NCBI RefSeq assembly: GCF_041146345.1
Contig: NW_027191407.1
Span: 62,001-126,000 of the forward strand
DNA: 64,000 nucleotides
Direction of reading: 5' to 3'
Source of the DNA: Neodothiora populina
Taxonomy: Eukaryota
The position numbers were made by a program, and so were the translations under genes. Every line of letters begins with the position of its first letter. Within the stretch, counting starts at the first letter, position 1. The notes under the pieces are model-generated. The model worked only from the letters and a program-made list of their open reading frames with translations. It was not told the DNA's origin and searched no databases. Below, one piece after another: positions 22,568 to 36,178 of the stretch.

Positions 22568-23761
22568 TCATATGCCTCGGTTGAACTCGACACAGCCATC
22601 TTTGCCAGCGCGATCGTGAAACTCCTTTTCGAGCTTGTCTGCTCTGACTGCTTGACGCTGTGGGAATGCTGCCAGGGCCAACGGTAGCGCGAAGATACTG
22701 GTTCCCAAGATCAAGCCCAGGTTGACTGGTGTTACCATCCTCGGGCGCTGCTTCAGCCAGTCCGTCTTCTGCAGCCTCACCAAGATGAGCGGGGGCAAGA
22801 CCATGATCGGAGTGGCGTTCAGCACTCTCGATATGGCCGTCTCACCTACAGCGAGGGTCGCAGCCTTCTTGGACTTGCCCAGGGACTGCAATTCTAGACC
22901 GCTGGACTCACGTTTCTGCTTTTCTTCCTCGGTCTCGGTAGGGAAGACGTCGATTCCCTTGCGGATCTCCTCTCCACGCATAAGGAAGACGTTCAGGGCA
23001 CCAGCACTGGCGACTGCAGCGAACGGCACAAGACGAGTCAGGATCACTCTGCTTCCTGCACTCAAGCCTTTCAGGCGTGGCACTAGAGAATTTAGACCAA
23101 GAGCGACACCGCAACTTGCTCCCACGGCGAGAAAGTAAGACTGGACCATAGTAGAGGTGGAAAGAGGGGTGGACTTGTTCGCGTTGGCCGAGTTGATGGC
23201 CACGTTCAGAGACTGGTTTGTGATTTGCCATCCAAGGGTACCAGCGGTGGAAAGATTAGGTGTCAACATTCCAGCTGTGACTACCAAATTCGAAATCACG
23301 AAGCATGACATGCGGAAGGGTAGAAAGACGGGCTTTCCAGTGTCTGAGAGAGGGTTAGAACATTCATAGTATGATTCTGATGCAGGACTCGATGTTGACG
23401 AACCGGGATGCAAAGTAGAGTCAATGATCTTTTTCGCTTGCCACAATTCTGGAGTCATTGACTGAATGCAACCCTGCTTGTAGGAAGAAACAAGCTCCTT
23501 TGCATGCTCTAAGCCAGCTGAAGATGTAAAGAGAGTTCTGCATCGCGATCGAGGTTAGTCATAGCTATAATGGAACCATAGTAACCAGTATCACAACATG
23601 TTCAAAGCGACAATGTTTATAATTCAATGCTGCACATATATAATCGCTCATGCTCACCTTGGATCTGAGAGATTGGCCGCATGTGCGACACGACCCCAAT
23701 ATGTAGACAGATCATATTGCGAAGCTGGCAAGTCGCGGGAGCCAGGTAATGAGGAAGTCAT
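22568..23761 (-). CDS. FSF1: Sideroflexin (mitochondrial tricarboxylate/serine carrier); 3 exons
   Basis: Exon 1 SQYDLSTYWGRV...SDPR; STLHPDTGKPVFLPFRMS after splicing; WQITNQSLNV; C-terminal FNRGI. Confidence 0.93.
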
Positions 23762-24050
23762 TCTTTCCGATTCGGGAATGGCAAAGGCAAGACCTTCTGT
23801 CCACAGGCAGGAAGGACTTCAGCCAATGAATGGATCGTGGCAATTTCTGGACTCAATATCTCGGAATGGCTGTTTGATTAGCCATCATGGACATATAATT
23901 AATTTTAGTGGTTAGGACCGCGTGAGTCGCGACTGTTTGTCTTGAGTTTGCTTCCACATGATCAGATAACCATGACGCTGTCACTACCACCTCCACCTCT
24001 ACCACTACTATTACACCCAAGGCCCGCAATACTCCGAATTGTGCCACACC

Positions 24051-24856
24051 ATGTTCGCATTGACTGCACGTCGCCGCCTAGCGCTCTACTGCACGACGAC
24101 CGTCACATCGCCTTCACCGGCTCTTAATTCCCTGCGTCAAACAGCCACCATCACAACGTCTGCGGAATCGCCTGCCACGGAACCCAAACCCGCCACTGTT
24201 GAACATGGCACCAATGGTAAACGCAGCCGTCCACTGACACGAGAGCAAGAACAGTTCCTTGATAGTGCTGTGTGTTTACTTCCGACTCCTTCAAGACATG
24301 CTGTGACTGACAGTCGAGCCAGCTCCGTGTCAACCAAACCGGCGAACTAGCTGCCGTCTTGATTTACTCGGCACAAACACCTCCCATTGTCAAAGCACAC
24401 CCTCACCTACGTCCTCTGATGAAGCACATGTACGACCAGGAGGCTGGTCACTTTACCTACTTCAACCACATCATTGCCAAACACCGCATACGCCCCACTG
24501 CCATGTATCCAATTTGGCAGGTCGCTGCCACCGCTTTAGGTTGGTCCACTGCAGTCATGGGCCGAGAGGCTGCCATGGCATGCACCGAGGCTGTCGAGAC
24601 GGAGATTGGCGAACATTACAACGCCCAAGTGCGAGAGCTGCTCGCCTGGATCAAGGACATGGAAGACAGGGGGGAGGAGGTCGGTGAGGAGCTGACGGAA
24701 CTGGTCAGAAGGATCCGCACCATCAGGGATGAGGAACTAGAGCACCTCGACCATGCTGTTGAGCACGACGCCAAGGAAGCAAAGCCCTACGAACTACTGA
24801 CTGGTGTCATTCGGGGAGGTTGCCGCGCTGCCATCTGGCTCAGTGAGAAAGTGTGA
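24051..24856 (+). CDS. COQ7: 5-demethoxyubiquinone hydroxylase; 2 exons
   Basis: LRVNQTGELAA after the ~24270-24322 intron; HMYDQE, AMACTEAVETEIGEHYN and RDEELEH di-iron motifs. Confidence 0.95.
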
Positions 24857-25571
24857 GCCCTGCACCGATATGCTTGGCCTTGATGTGCACGCCTTCAGCC
24901 ACGTTTGGTTTTCCAAACGCACCTGCTGATATTACCACGCTTTGGATCACTAAGAGATCCGAAGATGTAAGAGAACGCCTTAGCCTTCGTACTGAGACCT
25001 GCGGGTATTAGTGTTAGGGTTGCAGAGGAGTCATCACCAACAGATTTCTCGGAAAGTGATGTGGGCTTCGAGGGTCCTATCTTAGCGACACATCCACGAC
25101 GCATCGCTCCGCCTACATTCTCTCGTCTGCCTGATGCGTCTCTGACCAGACGGTTTCAAGGGCTGCATAGAATGAGGGCGTCACACTCTGTGTGGCCGTC
25201 ACCCACACAGTGTTCAGAAGCTTCTTGACGCTTTAGGTCGCACAGCTCTACCTGCACTCTGTCCTTGCGAGCGCCCGATGCTGGCATCGCTCCATTTCGA
25301 CCGCCTCTTGTTGCTTCAGCAGACCCTTTATAAGGGATTCCGGGGCTCCAGAGGCGTGTCTGTGTGTACTTTATCACTGGCAGCCGCCAGCTTGTCTTCA
25401 TGCTTGTGCTCTCGTGCTTGTCCATCATGTCCATGTATGGACAAGTAAGGCTCGGTACGGTGTGATGTAATAGTCGTTGTTATTCTGTTTAGTGGAATCC
25501 GTATCTGGATCCTTCTATCAAGTTTGTCGCAATGTTGACCGCAGATGTACGCCTGAGTTGCTGCAAACACC

Positions 25572-26436
25572 TCAAACCGTACCCCTGAACTGATCCAGTA
25601 TTTGACCTCCTATTGTTCGCCTCCTGCCAGCACCTTCGCCAGTAGCGCCAGAAATGCCGCTTCCACTGGCCGTCGCGGCCTCGCCTTCCATTCTTCTCCT
25701 GAGTCCGTCGTACCTTTCCCTCTCCTTGCGCCCAGCACTGCGATCGGGAATCCTCCAATTCGCCGCGCCAGGCAGGAAATCCAGACGGTAGGCATATCCC
25801 ACGAGCCATCCGACCGCCGCCACGATTGCCGATCCGGGAAGTTGCGAAAGAGCGAGCTGCATGGGCAGGAGATAGGACGTTGACTTGGACGTCAGCTCGA
25901 TGGCCGAGTTTCGTGTCGTGTCGCTGGCTGATATGCGGTATTTGTATTCGTAGGGGATGGCAGCGTGGTATTGTGCCAGTAGGGCAAAGACGATCGCGGT
26001 CGGCCCCGCGGGGATGTAGTTGACGTAGCCCCACGTCAGAGGTCGAATGATCAGAGCGACCAGTAAAGGGGGTAAGAACGTGGTATATGTGACTACGACC
26101 AAAAGAAAGGACTGGCACAAGAGATGATCAGTAAATTGTTAAAAGTAACGACAGCAAAAGGATGGAACATACCGTAAACTTCCTCCACCCCCATAACCGC
26201 TCAATCACCCTCAACTGATACAGCGTCAAGGCGGAGAACAAGACCTCGGTGGAGTTGGTATAGCATAGCTGCCAAGTCAAGAACCTCCAGAACTGCCTGT
26301 AGTCAATGAGATGCGGCCGGATGGCGAACCAGAAAAGATGCTTCGTGTCCGTGACCGAGGCGAGTATCGAGCTGGCCACGACGGCGACGACGAGGTATTT
26401 GGACGCCGAGGCGTTGGTGAAGCCAGAGGACATCAT
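25572..26436 (-). CDS. DSC2: Rhomboid-like pseudoprotease, DSC E3 ligase subunit (SREBP activation); 2 exons
   Basis: SGFTNA, QFWRFLTWQLCYTNSTEVLF, LRVIERLWG, PAGPTAIVFALLAQYHAAIP and QLALSQLPGS motifs. Confidence 0.8.
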
Positions 26437-27275
26437 CTTGATGTTTTTTAAAAGTCGTGCTGCTAGATGAGGGTCCGAGTAATTGTTGTCGAAGCTGCAT
26501 CGCTGGACATCACAAGAACTGCACTACCGATACCATCTACTCAAAGTGGCATTATTGTGTGTTATATGCAAATGTATGTGTTTGGGTCAACTGTCCTTCC
26601 CCGATGTGATGCGGAGGCTGAGGTACAGCGATGTTACAGGAATGTTCGTTAATCGACCTTGTTCGTGATGAGAGCTACGCGCGACAGGCTGGGAGATACT
26701 ACGTGTTGTGCAGTATAACCGAGAATGATAAGGAAGAGAGCGAGGGACGACCCGATGAATCTAATGATCATTCTCTCCCTTGTATACCTCAAGGTTGTCA
26801 CGTTCGAAACTAGCGGTCGGTTTAGCTTTGGGTTTGTATCACAAGTTCATGGTCAAAAGGGAAGCGGGTGAACCTGGTGGGCAAAAATGCAGTGGGTCAG
26901 TCAACGATTCAAGCGATTGGGTCACACGGAGGTTGTCATAGCACGGGACAAGTATAATCAAGATAAGGTATCTAGCCTTGCGGGTCGACGGTGGAAGTAA
27001 GGTTTGCATGGTATATATATACCTCATGCAGGCAGGATGAGCTAGAAGCTGTATCTCGCAGGCCCACGGTGCTGTAGCCCAGCGACAGCCGAGAGGGTGT
27101 ATCAACAAATAAGATACGCATATGCAGGACCACCTCACCTATCTTTTAGTCTATATTGTTATATAACTCGCGGGGATCTCTCCACTGCTCATCTAATAGA
27201 TCTCATCACACTCTATCCAGTTGCTGCTGATTCGTATCGCATTGTCGAGTATCCTATACATTGACTTATAAAATC

Positions 27276-28310
27276 ATGTCCGCACAAGCAGCGACGTTAC
27301 GCGGCTGCCCGTTACTGGAACTGCCGCTCGAGTTACGGCTGATAATCTATGACTATGCCATTGTGGAAAGTTCGAGCGTGACAATCAGCAGCGCCGAGTT
27401 GACCGGAGACTGCGTTGACATAGATAACCGCCTGTACGGCCAAGGACGATCACCCATACCTGGACTACCGGAGAACCACGAACCCGTCATTCTCTCGGCT
27501 TATTCGAGTCACCTGTTGTCCGCCGCCGACCCTCCACGCATCCATGTGTCGCGTGCCCCGGCAGCAGAAGGCTTGCGATATCTGGATCCAGCATGGCAGT
27601 CGACCCTGAGTGCGCTGCGTCTGGTCAATCACCAGATCATCGACGAGTTGTCGGCCCACTTCAGGTCCAAGCGCAGTCGCGAGACGAGTCTCTTCGTCAG
27701 CTACCCGCATGGCCTTCATGTCTTCCAGACGCTGTGTCCCGAGACCATTAGACAGGCAAGGAGCGTGCACATTGCGGGGACATATACTCGTCGGCCCCAT
27801 CGTCGACGAAATGGACAACAAGCCACCACTGCTCAAGTGCTCACACCGCCTCCATCGCCCCGCGCTGACGGATCAGTAGACATGGCAGAAGAAGACAGCA
27901 AGACAACAGAGCCGGACTCGGTCGAGCAACTCGCCAGTCTGGTGCGATCGACGATGGGACAAGAAGCGACGACACGGCTGGCCAAGCTCGAGCTACGGAT
28001 CTACTTCCCCAATTCGAGAACGGGCGAGGACAGCTACTACAGCGTGTGGGGCGACGACGACAGTCCCATCTGCGTCGTGCTGCGGAACCTGTGCGGCGGC
28101 TTCATCGACATGGAGTGCTGGAGAGGCAAGAACGGCACCGGAGTGCATCTCAGCGTGCGACCGAACCCGGACAACAGCAGAATCATAAGCACAGTATGGA
28201 GGAAGCTACAGGAAGGCGGCAGAGGCGAGGCCAGAGTGGGCGATTGGGTCGTCGACGAAAAGTGGCCCGAGTGGTCGGAGGAATATGTCCCCTCACCGCA
28301 GACTCCGTGA
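27276..28310 (+). CDS. Hypothetical protein with N-terminal F-box-like motif
   Basis: CPLLELPLELRLIIYDYAI N-terminus; 344-aa uninterrupted ORF. Confidence 0.75.
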   Translation: MSAQAATLRGCPLLELPLELRLIIYDYAIVESSSVTISSAELTGDCVDIDNRLYGQGRSPIPGLPENHEPVILSAYSSHLLSAADPPRIHVSRAPAAEGLRYLDPAWQSTLSALRLVNHQIIDELSAHFRSKRSRETSLFVSYPHGLHVFQTLCPETIRQARSVHIAGTYTRRPHRRRNGQQATTAQVLTPPPSPRADGSVDMAEEDSKTTEPDSVEQLASLVRSTMGQEATTRLAKLELRIYFPNSRTGEDSYYSVWGDDDSPICVVLRNLCGGFIDMECWRGKNGTGVHLSVRPNPDNSRIISTVWRKLQEGGRGEARVGDWVVDEKWPEWSEEYVPSPQTP

Positions 28311-29090
28311 GGTATTAATTCATAAGAGCAATCACGATGGTGCCATGTATGACATTTCTGGAGGACAGTGGTCACGGTATAGATGACGGATCTGGACGCT
28401 GGTCGTCACATACAGATCCTGCAACTGTTTGGGCGATAGGGATTTTATCACGGAGTTCTCGGGTGGGCTGGTACGCTGTACAAACAGAATAACTAGCAGG
28501 CGATTTCCGGCGTTGCAGCACGGGAGGAAGGACATGCAAGATACATGTACAGCACGCAATGACAACGACTCAATTGGAACAAAATCGGCTCTTGTTCAAT
28601 TTCTCTGGGAGTTTACAGGAGCTGCATTTCCTGTTTTTGACCATTGTTCTTTCTCCATTCGTCATGACTGCAATGTCGTCCGTGAGGATGATGCTGATTT
28701 GACTCGGTTGTTGTTTCCCACGCCCAGTGACCAGTCTGTGTCGTTTCAAGTACGGTAGAATGCACTGCAGAACATCCATCTCTGATACCGTTCCGTCATA
28801 GGCTGTGCTGCATGCCAGTTTCCTCGGTGCCCCATCCAGCGCCTTCTTTGGCATGTCCAGCAAATAGCAGGAAGAGAACGGCTCCTCTGCGAAGAGGCAA
28901 GGGACGTCTCCCATATTAGTGGCGACGGCGATAGTCAGGCTGACGCAGCCGCTGCTGCGAGGGCCGAGGCCAGAGCTCGACAAGAGCGTGAGCAGATCAT
29001 GGGCACAGCAGATAGTGATGACACTATTGCTACTGCCTATCAGATCGTGTCACGCATGAAATAAGTATACAAATTGAATAGGCCAGATCT

Positions 29091-29929
29091 TCAGTCGCCA
29101 AGTTCAGCGTCCAATGCCTCCCACATTTTTTGTTGAGCTTCTCGTCGTTTGTCAGTAGGAAGTGGTGCGGCATCTTCTGCATCACCGTCCGAAGCCGTAA
29201 TCTTGATGTCCTGGTTGTCTGAAGACGTCTCCTGCAGTTTCTTCATATCGTCCAGCATCTTTGCCAGTTTCTGCTCCTTGACTTCTTGAACCCGCGCAGT
29301 CTCCGACTTGATCTTCTCCAGCTGCTCCTCCATCATCAAAATCAAACTTTCCCGTGCCTGGTGCGGACGGTAGCGATTGATGAGGTCGTGGATATTGAAA
29401 AATATCGTCTGCAGGTCCTCTGTGCACTCAGGCGCCTGAGTAGGATTGACGCTCAAGACACCGACCATTTCAAGAAACTTGCACATGACGGCGCGCGTCA
29501 AGGTGACAAGGTGGACAGTCGGGTCGAATTGTTCGCTTTCTGCCGCCTCGGCGGGATACAACTGCTGAATCCCAGCAGCGTCGAGAGACTGCGAAGGTTG
29601 TGCGAGCTGAGCATTTGGTCAGTATAAGTGAATCGAACGAATTCATTCCATAAGTGATTGATGCACACATCATAATCGGCCCCGAAACTCCTGTAGCGCC
29701 CGTCTGCTGGCGGTTCCGGTGGTACCAGGAAACGCAGATCTGGTGGCAGAGACAACGCGTCTATCCCAGACGACTGCACATCCTCCATGCCATCCTCATC
29801 CTTGTTCTTGGCCGCCTCTTTGCGCAACTCGCGCAACTTTGCCACGTTCTGCTCGGTGAAGTGATTGTAGAAAGGCGGCGGGGCGGGAAAGGGCGCGGTC
29901 GGTAGACGTGCTTGCGTTTGGTCCGCCAT
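29091..29929 (-). CDS. MED7: Mediator subunit 7; 2 exons
   Basis: APFPAPPPFYNHFT, FLVPPEPP, NIHDLINRYRPHQARESLILMMEEQL. Confidence 0.95.
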
Positions 29930-30708
29930 GTCTGTTATGACGGATTGACAATGAACAGCATGTCGCAAGCTAAGGTAAAGTCATGCTCCATTGGGGCTAC
30001 AAAATGGCAAGGTAGGACAGATCGTAGATATACACCATCTGCCCCACGAGCCCGATCGGCGTTAGAAGAGAGGACAATCCCCGAGATGTTAAGATTCACT
30101 ACGAGAGCGATAATTAAATTGCTGTAATAGCAGTACCTTGGGTACTCGATACAAGTACCCCTACGCTGAAACGGCAAAAGATGCACAAGAATACCACCGG
30201 GATTAATCTAGATCGTCAACGCAATAGGTATATACCAATGTAGGTGGCAAGGGGGCAACCCTGTTCACCATGGTCCCAATGCAACAGCGTATAGCTATAT
30301 GAGCGGATTCAAATCCGCCTTGTCTGTCTTCTGCTGTCCATGTCCAGAGTGGGGTTCATTTATCAAGGACCAAGTTTTGCGATTATATAATTCACACGGG
30401 ACGAACTGCAGTTTATATGCTGTCTCTATTTTATGTACACCGTCGGTCTCTATCTGACGACGTTTCAAGTTACTTCGAATCGTCCTTGTGGGCCGTCCGT
30501 CACAGGCTGCCTTCTTGCTGTCTTCCATAGTCCTACTAGACGCGGATGGCCATGTGATATGGCTCTTCGTGTGGGCGTCGTATGCTGGATGGTGTACTTA
30601 TTTATGTGCCGTATGATGGCGTTATGTGTGGCCCTGAATACGTATGCATAACCACGCAACACCTGTCTATCAAGAAGACGTCTTTAGAAAGGAAACTGCG
30701 CATACGTC

Positions 30709-31457
30709 TCAGTAAGGTGGAAATCCACCATAGGCCGACGCTCCAGGGGAAGGCATGGGTATGCTGGGACTGGAGAACCTCCCGAATCCGAAGGCTGCAT
30801 TGGCAGGCATGGCTGGAATTCCTCTCAACCCGCGGTGGTCTGCACTTCCTCGCCTCTTGTCTCTTCTCCTCTTCTTTTCCCCCTGGTTGATCATGGGGTG
30901 CTCGACTCTCGTGTCCTGTTCTTCAGGCACTTCCAGCTTGACGAGTGAGAAGTAATAGTCCAACAACTCGGGATATTTCTGCAGACAATTCTGCCAGTCT
31001 TTGTCCAGAGTGCGATGCATGTGTTCCCAGGCCTGATGTATCTGTGCCTTTAGATTCTCCAGCTGGTGCGGTGGCAGAGGTGCACCGTCTTGGTAAATCT
31101 GGTAGAGGTTGTAGTAGGGGATGGTGACCAGGTGGGCTTCGTATTGCGCACGTCGTTGGGCCTCGAGTCCATGATATGTGAACAATATCATCTCTCGGGC
31201 GTGGCTCAACACCCAGTGCCTATCGAGTCGTTCTGGGTCAGTACAACCCGGGGCTCCACCTCACTTACGCTATCATTGCAAACCTACCGAGCTCCGCGTA
31301 TCTGTTCGTTAGCGAGCCATCGGCTCTGTGCCTCGTTGAGTGCACGTTTCAAACGTTCTTCTTCGTGTCCGCAGACCGAAGAGTCACCTCCGCAGATGGC
31401 ACAGTGTGGTTGGGGACTCGCAGTGGGTTCATGTCCTGAGGCCATGGCTGTATCCAT
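30709..31457 (-). CDS. Hypothetical protein with N-terminal CxxC...CxH motif; spliced
   Basis: PHCAICGGDSSVCGHEEERL exon spliced to LDKDWQNCLQKYPELLDYYFSLV; exact intron ends uncertain. Confidence 0.65.
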
Positions 31458-32263
31458 AAGTATGTTTCAAGTACGACACTGCGATGGATTTGCTATCGTA
31501 ATTTCCTCATGACTTCCTCTAGGCAAATAGAAGAGAATGTTATAAGGCGCCAGCAACGCCAGCAAAGACAGACCAAGCAACGTGTGAATGTCAACAGTGT
31601 CGACAGTGCAAGAATGAGTCTGGACATCGATGATGCCTTACATATGTAAGCACGAATAAATCCGCGATGGGATAGGCTTGCGTGTTTGTCTGTGGGCCTG
31701 CATGAACCGTCTGTCTGCCCAGTGGTCTCACGAGGTCTTATTGTGGACTCTATCGATGCCGGCAGAGGTAGACCTTTGTCACCGATTGGTTCCATCATGC
31801 ACGATGAGTTGGCGGGCTCAAAGTAGGTACCTGTAGGTTTGTGGCGGAAGCAGGACTCCACTTCGGCGACGTGCGTCACATTACCCCGTGTCTGCAACGA
31901 ACAAATCCGCTGTCACCGATAAGGTGAACGACTCGCTGTTTGGCCAACTATCTTTGGCCACGATAAACAGCGTTTTGATTGCTAATTAGTTGGGGGAGCT
32001 ACGCACACTGCTCCTCTTGACTGTCATATACTGAGTACAGTGTCGAGGCCATATCAAGTACGTGACAGTGAGAAGTGCCTTGTGCATGGCCTCTTGTCAC
32101 CTGAAGGTAAGAGGTAAGGTCCGCAGAGATGACGAACATGCGCCAAGCTCGCTTCCGGGGCATCATCCGATCATGGTAGACCCGCCTTCGTACCTTTCAT
32201 ACTCCAAGGTCATGATTGCACTGTAGTACAAACCACGACAAGTTGAAGAGAATACCTTGTAAA

Positions 32264-32855
32264 ATGTCTTCCTACACATCAGAGTACCCAGCAGGCGTCC
32301 AGATCGACCCTGAATACAAAGCATTCTTCGAGCGATTCTACCAAATCTCCGATACCCCTGATGCTCATGACGAATATGTGAAGCAATTCACTGCCGACGC
32401 GAAGTTGACCATGGCATCAAAGAAAGCCAGCGGGTCTGATGGTGAATATCTCCTGTGATCCATAGGCTGAAATAATGATATACATTTACTGACCGCTCCG
32501 ACCAGAGATCTTGGGTGTACGTAAAGGCATGTGGGAGAAGGTCAGCAGCAGAAACCACAAGCCTATCAAGATCTTTCCATTTGGATCCGGTGCCGATGAG
32601 GTCATGCTTTATGGCACTGTCGACTATGTCCTGAAGGATGGAAAGAAGGCATCAGTCGACTGGAGTGCCAGAGCTCACCTTGTCAAGGAGGGTGGTGCGG
32701 TGAAGATGGACTTCTACCAGGTCTACTTGGTAGGTGAAACATGTTTTCACTCGACGCTAATCCTCAGTGATAGTCTAAATGAGCATGGAGTGGATCTCAC
32801 TACAAATTACTGACATGTATGACAGGACACCGCCGCTCAACAACAGGCCAAGTGA
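32264..32855 (+). CDS. SnoaL/NTF2-like small protein; 3 exons
   Basis: FFERFYQISDTP, FTADA, EVMLYGTV, DWSARA, FYQVYL|DT; introns at ~32443-32504 and ~32730-32825. Confidence 0.8.
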
Positions 32856-33186
32856 GAGTGCACACAAAACGTAGCTAGCTAGCTAGCTACTGTACGGCAA
32901 TGGATAATGTATAGCACCTCATGAAGAATCTATACTATAACGTCTTCGTCAAAATATCTTGGCCACTTGTGCCTGCTAACAATGCTGAGAGGGTGATCTA
33001 TCTGTTGTGTGTTCATAGATGTTGTGTCTGTGAAGACTTCACTGCTCGGGTACACAGGCAGATGGATATTGATCATCGACTTCATATTAATACAGTTTGT
33101 TCTCGATGTCTATGTGACTCAGAGGCAGGAGAAACACATATGCACATGCAGACGAGAAGAAAACCCACGTGGTCCTCATGAGCCGC

Positions 33187-34297
33187 TCAGCTTCCGAACC
33201 TCATCTGCGCACCAGCATACTTGCGCAGTCCCCTTAAAAACACCTGATATCCGACGCCGTTGTTGTCTTGCACGTAACTGTAACAAAACACCAGGAGTTA
33301 GCAACGGGGGTGTAATATAATACGACGGTCACAAAGACAACGAAACTTACTATATCTCGGTCAAGCGGACTTGCCACGGTGGGTACCCCTGCAGGACAAC
33401 GCTGTCACCAAACAATATCAGCAGATCGGGCTCGCCCATGACGGATTCAGTGAGCTCTGCATCGATCAGCTCGGCCGAAATGTCTTCGGGGAAGATCTTG
33501 GCCTTCTGCGACATCTCGGCGAGCGTCTTCGTCAGATCGACCAGCGTACGCCGGCCATCTGATGCAGACAGCAACAGAATAGAAAGGTGAGGCGGGGACT
33601 TGGAGCCGGTCGAGTTCGTTGGTGGTGATGAAGGGGGAGAAAAAGACTGCATATGCGGCGCGCCGAGCGAGACAGTGGGTTTCAACGGATTAGAAGAGCC
33701 ATAGTAGGCCGACAGTGTCCGCGAGATGCGCCTGTGCAGGTGTGGGATTGATGATTTCAGGATGCCCGTCTTTTCGTAGATGCTCAGCATGGGTACGCCA
33801 GCACACGCCGACCACGCGACGACCTCGCAAACATCGTTCACCAAAGCCTCGAGTCCGGCGGGGCTCTTTTCGTTCTCGTCAAGCTCTAGTATAATGCTCA
33901 GGTGGCGAGGGATCTTGCTCAGATTCTGCACGTCTCTTTGAATGTACTCGGGCGAGCGATGGTGATAATACAGGACGCTTCCAATCTGTTTGGACACATT
34001 GTGGTAGGCGATCCGGAAGCGGACATAGATGGAAAAGATGAACTGGATCAGATTGTACAACAGCAGGTGCAAGGCGGATTTGACGAAATGTCGGACGGGC
34101 TTGGGTCTTTGTTTGCGCGAGGGAACCTTGGAGTCTTGACGCGAGTCCGGCGATGCAGAGACGCTCTCTTGTGGAACCGAGTCTTCAGCCTCAGGTAAGT
34201 AGGGTCGAATGAGTCGCTCTCGTTGTTCCGCAGTCAATGGCTGTCCATGCTCGTCTCTATCGTAGTGGAAGGCTGTCGCCTGCCTTAGGCCAACCAT
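33187..34297 (-). CDS. NUS1: Dehydrodolichyl diphosphate synthase complex subunit (NgBR); 2 exons
   Basis: KIPRHLSII, WSACAGVPMLSIYEKTG, EPDLLILF, GYPPWQVRLTEI; last exon ends YAGAQMRFGS (RxG motif). Confidence 0.92.
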
Positions 34298-34927
34298 TTT
34301 GAGGCGTGTTATGTAGCAATGTCGAGCAGGTGAGGAATTATGTGCAAGCAGTCAAAGTGTCTACTGCATGGTCTATCTGTTACAGGTGTATAGTACAGCG
34401 AGGGCAGATATGGTATAGGTGAGAGTATAGCTACCTAACCATACTCATAAAGCACAGTACAGTAATTATGCTGCACGAAACACGAGGGTAAAAAGAAACG
34501 CAATGTCAAGCATCAGCCACCCCCACAGAGTTCGCGTGATACGTCGTGAGCTTCTCGCATACGGTACCATGACTATCTTCGTAGTGGGTCGTCCAACACC
34601 GAGTCAATCCATCTCCATCGCACGAAGGCGTTACATACTTAAAATGGGAGATGCTATATGCGCTCCCCTATCATACATCCATGAGGTACATGAAGTCAAA
34701 AAAACAATGTTCGTTTCTCGCAATACAAAGCTATTCACCGGACTGTTCTGCCCCGCGCCTCGTGAAGGGGAGAGCTTCCTACGTCATTGGTCCCACTAGG
34801 CGTGATTGTGGTGAGAGAGCAGTTCAGGAGGATGCGCCAGGCTATCAATATTAATACTGTGAAGTATTACTGCTCAGCTGCACACGAGTCGCTATAGAGC
34901 AGTAATACCCCAGACGAAGCCGTGATA

Positions 34928-35748
34928 ATGGAGGAACAAATCGACAAATTAGTCAAGAAGACATGGGCAAAGTATCATGAAATAGCTTCGTCAAAGCGCC
35001 TTATGATCGCTGTGTCTGGCATACCTGGATCAGGTAAACTTACAACGTTTGCACGAATAGATGTATCTTATCCTGACACTACACAGGAAAGACGACTCTG
35101 GCGTCGAAGGTCGTGAAGCGCTTAAATGAGCTGCACCACGAGAATTCGCCCGGTCTTGCGCAGTCCGAGCAACTTGCGGTTTTCATCCCAATGGATGGTT
35201 ACCATCTGTCCCGGGAACAGCTTTCTTCGATGCAAGACCCTGACACAGCGCACGCTCGTAGAGGTGCCGCCTTCACATTTGACGCTCCGGCATTCCTGAA
35301 GCTTGTGAAGGAGCTTCGCCAGCCGCTGTGTCCAGAAACTAAGACTCTCTATGCGCCGTCTTTCGATCATGCATTGAAGGATCCGGTGTACAACGATATC
35401 CCGATATCGCCGGAACTTCGCATCTTGATCTTCGAGGGAAACTACCTCAGCTTAGGGAGTGGAGCACCAGAATGGAAAGAGGCCGCAGAGCTCATGGACG
35501 AGCTGTGGTTCGTCGAGGTCGACGAAGATGTCGCAAAGCAAAGACTAATCAAGCGCCACATCGTCGCTGGTCTGGCGAGTAACGAAGAAGAGGCAGCGCA
35601 CAGAGCAGAGAACAACGATCTCGTGAACGGCAGGGAGATCGTCAAGGGAAGATTAAACGTGCACGAGATCATTGTCAGCAAACATGATCAAGCATGGAAA
35701 CCAGAGCGACAGGGAATGGAAGATGCGCAAAAAGGGCCTGAAGCTTAG
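34928..35748 (+). CDS. P-loop kinase, YFH7/uridine-pantothenate kinase-like; 2 exons
   Basis: SGIPGSGKT across intron 35034-35086; PMDGYHL, RRGAAFTFD, PSFDHALKDP, FEGNYL. Confidence 0.88.
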
Positions 35749-36178
35749 ACAGACACCTGCACATCGCCAGCCACACATCAGCCAGAGCTGTGTCCCTAGA
35801 AGTGCCTCGGCCAAGTCTGGTCCACCGCACCAGAAAGCACACTGTGATACTTCCCCTTCCCATCTGCTAATTGTAGACATCTCCTTGCTGAGTGGCTCGA
35901 TCTAATACTGAAAGACATCATAAATGCTCTGGCTAGCGTCAGTGCAGGCACGTAGGATTCCATGGCACGAGTATCAAGCACATGACTTAGCCATTCAATA
36001 CCAGCCTCACTTTCTGATTCGAAGACGTGGTAGGTCCCAAACCACTGCTGCAAGTCAAAATCACCTAACACCTAAGTCTCCCTCACGATGGCGGTGTGAA
36101 CTGCCATCAGCAGCTCTGATTTTGATCTAGCGAATGATATCCTGCTTTCTGTTCGCTTTGTTGCAATCCCTCATGCGT

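Noticed and set aside
25011..25022. TTAGGGTT / AACCCTAAC as a possible telomerase RNA template or telomeric seed
   Set aside because: Single short match in a ~700-bp convergent 3' region; too small for a fungal telomerase RNA, and no supporting structure seen.
32871..32890. Perfect 20-bp palindrome GTAGCTAGCTAGCTAGCTAC
   Set aside because: It is an (AGCT)n microsatellite, self-complementary by nature, in a 3' UTR.
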